Below, in pieces: positions 58,301 through 64,000 of a DNA stretch of 64,000 bases (its first letter is position 1; each line of letters starts with the position of its first letter). Made by a program: the position numbers and the translations under genes. Source of the DNA: an uncultured Bdellovibrionales bacterium (GTDB lineage: Bacteria; Patescibacteriota; Minisyncoccia; Moranbacterales; UBA1568); assembly GCA_964451495.1 (NCBI GenBank), contig CAYVHS010000001.1, positions 69,358 to 133,357 on the forward strand, given 5' to 3'. The notes under the pieces were generated by a model. The model saw only the letters and a program-made list of their open reading frames with translations, made no database searches and had not been told where the DNA came from.

Positions 58301-58726
58301 ATGGCACTCTCATTTGAGTGGACAGCAGAGCTCTCGGTCGGAGACGAGACTATCGATGAGCAGCATAAGCAGCTTTTCGATCAAACTAATCAGATTCTTC
58401 GCGTAATGATTGGCGAAGATCCTCATCCTGAAAAAATTAGAGAAGTACTTGATTTTCTCAGTCAATATATTGAGGAACATTTTTCCTTTGAAGAAGAATA
58501 CATGCGCCTCCATGAATATCCTCAATTGGAGCAGCACCGCGCCCTGCATCAAAATTTTTCTGAACACTACACGAAGCTCAGGAAAACCATTGATCCGGAG
58601 CGTCCCGCTATGGAGTCTGTCATCGGCCTTGAAAATTTTCTGGGTCAATGGCTCATCAACCACATCGGTGAAGAAGACAAAAAATACCACGACTTCATCG
58701 CGCGACAAAAATCACGCGTAGCATAA
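58301..58726 (+). CDS. Bacteriohemerythrin
   Basis: FEWTAELSVGDETIDEQHKQLF, HFSFEEEYM, HRALH and WLINHIGEEDKKYH: the full set of His/Glu ligands. Confidence 0.85.
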   Translation: MALSFEWTAELSVGDETIDEQHKQLFDQTNQILRVMIGEDPHPEKIREVLDFLSQYIEEHFSFEEEYMRLHEYPQLEQHRALHQNFSEHYTKLRKTIDPERPAMESVIGLENFLGQWLINHIGEEDKKYHDFIARQKSRVA

Positions 58727-58754
58727 AAGAGAAGAGCATCAAGCACAATTTGAA

Positions 58755-58793
58755 AAATAAAAAAAAGCCACTGGTCCTCCGATGGCTTTTTTC
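58755..58793. terminator. Bidirectional hairpin terminator (aagccactgg/ccgatggctt)
   Basis: A-tract, imperfect 9-bp stem, then T-tract. Confidence 0.5.
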
Positions 58794-58815
58794 TTACGCG
58801 AAAGAGTACATGGGG

Positions 58816-59028
58816 TTAATTTTTTTCTGGTGGCGCGATCGTATCATCAAAAGTATTCACGCCATGTATAAAAGTATATCCATCATCTTCCCCTTTCGGA
58901 ATGGGTTTGGGTATATTTTTCAAGACAGGTTTTTCGTCTTTTTTGGAAGTACCCGACTTTTCGGATGGCTTATGCATTTCAAATGTATACATACAGAATA
59001 AAACGACATCAATAATTATATATTCCAC
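58816..59028 (-). CDS. Hypothetical small protein (70 aa)
   Basis: More protein-like composition than the overlapping plus-strand ORF. The terminator lies directly downstream. No Shine-Dalgarno sequence. Confidence 0.25.
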   Translation of the reverse strand: MEYIIIDVVLFCMYTFEMHKPSEKSGTSKKDEKPVLKNIPKPIPKGEDDGYTFIHGVNTFDDTIAPPEKN

Positions 59029-59142
59029 TCATACTTGGTTACAGTATATCATACATATGCTATACGTAATGCTCTAAAATTTTAGTAAAAAAAGCCACAC
59101 CGGAAATGATGCTTCCGATGTGGTGATGACCAGGGTTTCCAC

Positions 59143-59904
59143 CTAGGCCCCGAGGAGGGTTGTTAGCCGAATGATATGGCTCATCCTCTGTTGGCAGTCC
59201 ATCAGTTGGTTGGTCAGTCGCTTTCTCATGGCTTCCGCTTCAGCCTCCATAAGTAACGACATGAGCATATCCTCCAGTTGCTCAGCGGGTATTTCCGCCA
59301 CGTATTTGAGCAAATGGCATTTCATGTCATGTGCATCGGTTTTTTCTTTGTCTAGGAGCGACAAGCAGAGGAGTCTGAAATGCTCAGCTTCTTCGTCCAC
59401 CCTACAAAAAAAGTTTTTGAGTCGACGGTCTGCTTCACAAATCTCAGCGCTTGTGGCGCGAAACAACGCATGTGTGCAATCCTGCACCATACTTTTTTCC
59501 TGTGGTGTGAGGAAATCGTAGGAAAGTACACGCTCGTCCGCATCCCCTTCTTGATCATAGAACGACACCTGATTGAATAGCCCTTTTTCTAGGCGCAGCC
59601 TTTTGGGCTGATGTTCAAATTCGGGCAGAAAATAGCCCGAAAGCATGGGCGCAGAACCGTCCTGACGCTCCTCGCAGTGATCGATGTAATAACACAACCG
59701 ATCATGAGCACGAAAGTGTCCAAGATGCGAAAGAGTCTTGGCTCCATACTCACTCAGTTGAACAGAGATCCAACCGCCATTTACCATGATTTGTGCCATG
59801 CGGAGCGATGCCACCGGATCGTTATTACCAAAAAGCGTTGCGTGAAGCGGGCCTGACTCCTCGCCGGCCGCCAGGACCGCATGAGGAGAGGCAGAAGTAG
59901 TCAT
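59143..59904 (-). CDS. Hypothetical protein (253 aa), His/Cys-rich, GC-rich gene
   Basis: ATG at minus 59904 preceded by AGGAAA. Noticeably higher GC than its neighbours. Confidence 0.45.
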   Translation of the reverse strand: MTTSASPHAVLAAGEESGPLHATLFGNNDPVASLRMAQIMVNGGWISVQLSEYGAKTLSHLGHFRAHDRLCYYIDHCEERQDGSAPMLSGYFLPEFEHQPKRLRLEKGLFNQVSFYDQEGDADERVLSYDFLTPQEKSMVQDCTHALFRATSAEICEADRRLKNFFCRVDEEAEHFRLLCLSLLDKEKTDAHDMKCHLLKYVAEIPAEQLEDMLMSLLMEAEAEAMRKRLTNQLMDCQQRMSHIIRLTTLLGA

Positions 59905-60088
59905 GTTTGTTTCCTTTCTATACAGTTGTAAAAGAAGTAGCGCTGCCTTTGTTGGTGTGGGTCTAAATCCACTTAAGAAAACAGCCTTATAGTATACCAC
60001 CAGAATGCTTTCTTGTCAATATACACAATCCCGTTTTCTACAAGTACATCCTTAATCTCCAGGGTTTCATACTAGGACCTCCGGACAA

Positions 60089-60613
60089 TCATTTGCTACG
60101 AGTATTTTGCTGCCCTTTGATGATACTTGCAGCGAGTTTTTTGAGCTTTTTCGGATCTGCCATCGGACCACTCCCCGAAGAAAGCCACCCCTCGTATTTC
60201 TCGAACCAGAAATTCTTGCCGCTGGATACCTGTTTCCAGATACCCTTTTTCAGATTTTCTGTGCCATGCATCGGAGAAAGCTTGATATGTGCATGATCAA
60301 TACCTGTCCCCTCCATGATAAGTCCTACCCTGCCAACATCTTTGAAATGACACTCGAGGATACCAGCAACTTCTTTGGCGGCGATGACGAAACGCTTCAA
60401 GACAGCATCAGGCATTTTCAGTACATCGCTACCGTAATGCTTTTTCGGGATGACGCACGAGAAGCCCTCGGTGTTAGGATCAATAGCCAGCCACGCCATG
60501 AATTCTTTGTTTTCCCAGAATATTCCAGAGGCCTTCATCCTTCCCGCTACGATTTCACAGAAAATGCATGTATGATCTTTGGTTGTAGCATCATACTTGG
60601 CCATAGTATTCAT
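60089..60613 (-). CDS. HIT-superfamily (HINT-like) protein with variant triad HxHxK
   Basis: CIFCEIVAG zinc-knuckle N-terminus as in HINT. GIDHAHIKLSP where the canonical motif is HxHxHxx. Confidence 0.65.
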   Translation of the reverse strand: MNTMAKYDATTKDHTCIFCEIVAGRMKASGIFWENKEFMAWLAIDPNTEGFSCVIPKKHYGSDVLKMPDAVLKRFVIAAKEVAGILECHFKDVGRVGLIMEGTGIDHAHIKLSPMHGTENLKKGIWKQVSSGKNFWFEKYEGWLSSGSGPMADPKKLKKLAASIIKGQQNTRSK

Positions 60614-60720
60614 ATATCATGGGGCTATTTACTCTTTTAGTATAGCAAAATCCTTCCTATTTGAAAAAAAAACAAGCGCGCAGTTATTCACGTGCGCGCT
60701 TTGCAGGACGTCGAGTCCTA

Positions 60721-61278
60721 TTACTTCTCATGTTGCATTTGGACATCACATCCCGGAGTCTCATCCATGGCAGCCAAGATGGCTCGTGCTGTTGCGGTGG
60801 CGTATATATCGGGCATTTTATCTACAGGGTCAAACGCTGCCACACTGCGTTTTGCCTGTTCGACCAACACCTCGATATCAGAAGTACGGATGCGCATCCA
60901 ATATAATCGGATTCCAACCGTAAGTAATGTTTCACTATTTTGGTTTATGACAAAATCATTCAGGTATTGCACAATTGATGTGCGAAATGCCGGAATAGCC
61001 TTGAGGTCTGGTAACCACGGTAGGTATGTGTCATAGACCTGTACTGTACCTGTATGATGTATCAACAGCGTCAGGATGGGTAATTTTTCGTACTTTTTGC
61101 CATTGTATGTCACGGGCCAATAAACACTGATGCCAACACATGAGTGATCATCAGGTTCTTCGCACAACTTAATCACGGGGTCTCCGTGAAATAGTATAGT
61201 TTTCTTTGCTACCATGATATCTCTCCATATTATAGTTGAAAAAGGACTACGCTTGTCATAATATAAATGACTTCGCAC
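60721..61278 (-). CDS. Hypothetical protein
   Basis: ORF only. The start codon is non-ATG in the track. Confidence 0.35.
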   Translation of the reverse strand: MRSHLYYDKRSPFSTIIWRDIMVAKKTILFHGDPVIKLCEEPDDHSCVGISVYWPVTYNGKKYEKLPILTLLIHHTGTVQVYDTYLPWLPDLKAIPAFRTSIVQYLNDFVINQNSETLLTVGIRLYWMRIRTSDIEVLVEQAKRSVAAFDPVDKMPDIYATATARAILAAMDETPGCDVQMQHEK

Positions 61279-61336
61279 TCTACATCAATCATGATGTTTT
61301 GTCTAGAACCCACCATTCAAATAGCTCTCTTGATCT

Positions 61337-61807
61337 TCAAGATACGCGACGCTGTATTTTCTGGATAGTTTGTGTAGTGGAATGAACTTTTTTCATAGGA
61401 AGCGCCTTGAGCGTGATTCCTAGCTTGTTCAGCTCTTCTTGTAGCGGCAAGTATGCATGCCTTTTTTCTTGTCGGAAAAAAAGAGTGGGACGGAGAATCC
61501 GTATGACAGCGAGTGAGGGGTATAGCCCTTCTTCAAACGGAGTGAGTACTACATGGGTAACTGGCTTGAGGGCTGAAATAATTTGCGCGCGCTTTTTTTG
61601 AGAATAGACCGCTTGCCTCTTTTTCTTTGTTTGTATATATGCATCGGCGAGGACTCCCACAACGAGTACGTCCCCCAATGTCGCCGCCTTTTCTAGAAAT
61701 TCGATGTGCCCCGGATGTATAATATCGAAACATCCAGAAACAAACACGACCCTTTTGCCGTGTAATGCCTCGCGGAGACTAGAGAGATCTTTGTAGTTAT
61801 AAATCAT
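61337..61807 (-). CDS. Cytidylyltransferase-like nucleotidyltransferase (TagD / RfaE domain II type)
   Basis: VVFVSGCFDIIHPGHIEFLEKA (HxGH). Confidence 0.7.
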   Translation of the reverse strand: MIYNYKDLSSLREALHGKRVVFVSGCFDIIHPGHIEFLEKAATLGDVLVVGVLADAYIQTKKKRQAVYSQKKRAQIISALKPVTHVVLTPFEEGLYPSLAVIRILRPTLFFRQEKRHAYLPLQEELNKLGITLKALPMKKVHSTTQTIQKIQRRVS

Positions 61808-61931
61808 ATTACGTCACTAGAAACCCGAGATGGAAGTAAGATATTCTACCAAAATAAACAATTTCATTATCTCAAAATCATGAGAAAATGTGAAGGTTTT
61901 CAGAAATTCTTATTACAAGGAAAATGCACAA

Positions 61932-61972
61932 TAAAAAAACCCTACTGCACCTGTCTCAAGGCGCGGTAGGGC
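61932..61972 (-). terminator. Rho-independent terminator for the minus-strand gene (ccctac/gtaggg)
   Basis: Hairpin with an A7 tract on the plus strand, which is a T7 tract after the hairpin on the minus strand. Confidence 0.55.
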
Positions 61973-61998
61973 TGTTGTGCTGTTACAAAGTTTTGGGT

Positions 61999-62358
61999 TT
62001 AGCCATCATTCCAGCGAATCTGGCTTTCTGATCGAACCCATATTCCATGAGTGAGCTTGGGGAAATGAGCGTTGTTCTTCAGGCGAGGCTGGTAGATTTT
62101 CCCGTCGTGATAGAGCCGCATGGCAATGCTTTCGGCCTGAACAGGATCTTCCTGCCAGCATTTTTTCTTATATGGCCCCACTACCAATCGGCGGAAAGCA
62201 TCGAGAGTGGGCGCGCATGTCCCGGTAATGATTTTATCGACGTCCTCGATGAAGATATTTCCACGTAGGACTTCACCTACGCAGCGAGATAAAGAGAGAC
62301 CGATCATGATTGCTCCTTGGGTAGATTTGGTTGCGAAATACAAATTGTCAATCCTCAA
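61999..62358 (-). CDS. Hypothetical protein
   Basis: ORF with its own terminator. Confidence 0.35.
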   Translation of the reverse strand: MRIDNLYFATKSTQGAIMIGLSLSRCVGEVLRGNIFIEDVDKIITGTCAPTLDAFRRLVVGPYKKKCWQEDPVQAESIAMRLYHDGKIYQPRLKNNAHFPKLTHGIWVRSESQIRWNDG

Positions 62359-62505
62359 AAGAGGTAACTATTGCCACGTTAAAACATCTAGTGACTGAGA
62401 ATCGTAACACAAATTATTAAAGCAGTCAAGAGTAAATCCTCATATTAAACCGAGGACCTCGGATCCGGTCTTGATCAGGTGAGCCGCGCCAGATCAAGTG
62501 GGGAC

Positions 62506-62856
62506 TTATTGAGATTCAGTCCACTTACCTGAATTTTCATCATAATTGGACAAGGTATCCCCACCTACACACATGCCATCCTCAACTGGACCAACAAAAT
62601 ACATTACATCAACATTGGTGTTCGCCGTCTTTGTTTCCTGGTAATTGCCCGAGCGCCTGTAAGAAAAAAGCGCGGTATCTCCTTTATCGTCTACGGTAAC
62701 AACTTCATGTAGATAAACGCCCTTTTCATCTTCCAGCGTCCTGATTACTTCTGGATTTTCTTGGCCACTTAATTTTTCAATTTTTAATTTAATTTCTTCC
62801 AAAGAAAGGATATGCGGTTCTTTTTCTGGCGCTGGCGTTAGGTTCTCAAGGCTCAT
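62506..62856 (-). CDS. Hypothetical small acidic protein
   Basis: ORF. Upstream TATACT-like -10 element. Confidence 0.4.
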   Translation of the reverse strand: MSLENLTPAPEKEPHILSLEEIKLKIEKLSGQENPEVIRTLEDEKGVYLHEVVTVDDKGDTALFSYRRSGNYQETKTANTNVDVMYFVGPVEDGMCVGGDTLSNYDENSGKWTESQ

Positions 62857-62949
62857 GGATTTGATAGATTAATTTCTTAAAGTATAACATAAAAGCGCCT
62901 TTCTGGCCGTTTAAAAGTCTTAGCTGAGAACATGGGGCACTATGGGAAT

Positions 62950-63789
62950 CTATCTGACTAAGGATGCTTTATAAAAAGCTTCAAAACTGGCTATGACACC
63001 TAAAGGAATTACACCGGTAATTTTCTGAGCGAGGGACGAATCGAGAGATGAATCAAAAAGAAAATCCCTCGGTCTTTCTGTGGGCATTTTTACTCCTTCC
63101 AACATATTTGTTGGAATTCCTAACGCTTCCATCCCCTCTTTTGTAAAATCGTATATACTCATTCTGGGTCCAGAGATATGCAAGGTCCCTACAAAGTCTG
63201 ACTGAGAGAGCTTAACTATACTTTCAGAGGCCTGACTGTAACTCAGAGGAGATTTATACATGTCTGTGAATCGAGTAACCTTCTCGCCTTCTACGACATC
63301 CTCTTGTATTTTCTTAAATCTACTGTCTAAATTATTATTTACGAAACCATAGAGGTAACTAGGTCGTATAATGCAATGATTTTTTACTTTGGTTCGGATA
63401 ATATTTTCACAAGTATCAAGGTTCCTGCCATAAAGAGTAACGGGGTTAACCTGATCCGTCTCTGAATAGCCACCTTTTTCTCCATCAAAAATTCCGTCAC
63501 TCGAAATATAGATAACGCGTTTATCTTTTGCCCATTCTACCCATTCTACCATTTTACATTTTAAGAGATCTTCGTTTTCTGTGAATTCTATTTTTGCTGG
63601 AATAAAGAGAGTATCAATTTCTTCGTTGCTAAAAATATCCTTCACATTATCCGTAAAGAAATCAAATTTATAGGAAAACGAGAACTTCCTATTTGTTCTA
63701 TGCGTGACGACAACTTTATCTACAAACTTTTTCAAATCGTAGTATATCTGTTCTCCAAGAAAACCAGCTCCGATAATCAATGGTTTCAT
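62950..63789 (-). CDS. RmlD-like NAD(P)-dependent sugar-nucleotide reductase/epimerase (extended SDR)
   Basis: MKPLIIGAGFLGEQI (GxGxxG)..YISSDGIFDGEKGGYSETD..TLYGRNLDTCE, which is RmlD-like. Confidence 0.65.
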   Translation of the reverse strand: MKPLIIGAGFLGEQIYYDLKKFVDKVVVTHRTNRKFSFSYKFDFFTDNVKDIFSNEEIDTLFIPAKIEFTENEDLLKCKMVEWVEWAKDKRVIYISSDGIFDGEKGGYSETDQVNPVTLYGRNLDTCENIIRTKVKNHCIIRPSYLYGFVNNNLDSRFKKIQEDVVEGEKVTRFTDMYKSPLSYSQASESIVKLSQSDFVGTLHISGPRMSIYDFTKEGMEALGIPTNMLEGVKMPTERPRDFLFDSSLDSSLAQKITGVIPLGVIASFEAFYKASLVR

Positions 63790-63920
63790 AAATTTGTGAA
63801 GCTATGGGACGATACTAGATCTTTTCTAATCTTAAAATTAGTATAACATATCAGAAAATCTAGTATTTAAACAAAAAAAGACAACCTCTGAGGCGGGTCG
63901 TCGTTGCCATATTTGGCGCC

Positions 63921-64000
63921 TTACTTCTTGCTGCGTTCGTCGAGCAGTTGCTTCATCAGCGCCTGCTGTCTGTCGAGTTGTTCCTGCTGCTTCCTGATCA
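63921..64000 (-). CDS. 3' end of a gene continuing beyond the window (C-terminus ..IRKQQEQLDRQQALMKQLLDERSKK)
   Basis: Open frame to the window edge with a TAA stop at 63921..63923. Confidence 0.3.
   Translation of the reverse strand, partial: IRKQQEQLDRQQALMKQLLDERSKK

Noticed and set aside
58750-59001. Plus-strand 83-aa ORF
   Set aside because: It has Phe/Trp-rich low-complexity composition and runs through the terminator hairpin. The minus-strand ORF is favoured weakly.
1-64000. Mobile element, prophage or integron
   Set aside because: No transposase, integrase, recombinase, attC-like site or terminal inverted repeat was recognised. The 50-bp galE repeat is the only insertion-like signature.

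Overview
Dense 64-kb bacterial window with about 60 genes on both strands, consistent with a compact genome, possibly from an uncultivated lineage. No rRNA, tRNA, CRISPR array, transposase or integrase was recognised. The ORF track reports alternative start codons (GTG/TTG) as M, so some listed starts are not ATG. Roughly the first 44 kb is one very large cell-surface glycan assembly locus. It has a DegT aminotransferase, a GalE-type epimerase, two nucleotide-sugar dehydrogenases, about 20 glycosyltransferases (CgeB-like, 5 GT2, 6 GT4, 5-6 polytopic GT-C/ArnT-PMT-like, 1 GT26 TagA-like further on), a Wzx flippase, two Wzy/O-antigen-ligase-like proteins, an LPG-synthase-TM-like putative flippase, an LCP ligase and a membrane metallophosphoesterase. 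Embedded in or flanking it are RtcB, an XRE-like regulator, a Tmk-like kinase and a hemerythrin-like gene. From 44 to 55 kb a housekeeping block follows: S41 peptidase, an orphan groES, a rhodanese-like protein, fmt-def-priA (PriA with degenerate ATPase motifs), ThpR/LigT, TagA-like GT26, gltX, an M23 peptidase and an alpha/beta hydrolase. The last 8 kb is an accessory tail: a 600-bp gene-free gap, a GGDEF (GGDEL) cyclase, a Cas4-like PD-(D/E)xK nuclease, a hemerythrin, HIT-like, TagD-like cytidylyltransferase and RmlD-like genes, and hypotheticals. Notable non-genic signals: a 50-bp direct repeat of the galE 5' end flanking one GT-C gene; a 4x heptanucleotide repeat inside a Wzy-like gene; a promoter-to-terminator unit carrying a 31-codon ORF with a perfect Shine-Dalgarno sequence in a 720-bp intergenic region; many rho-independent terminators.
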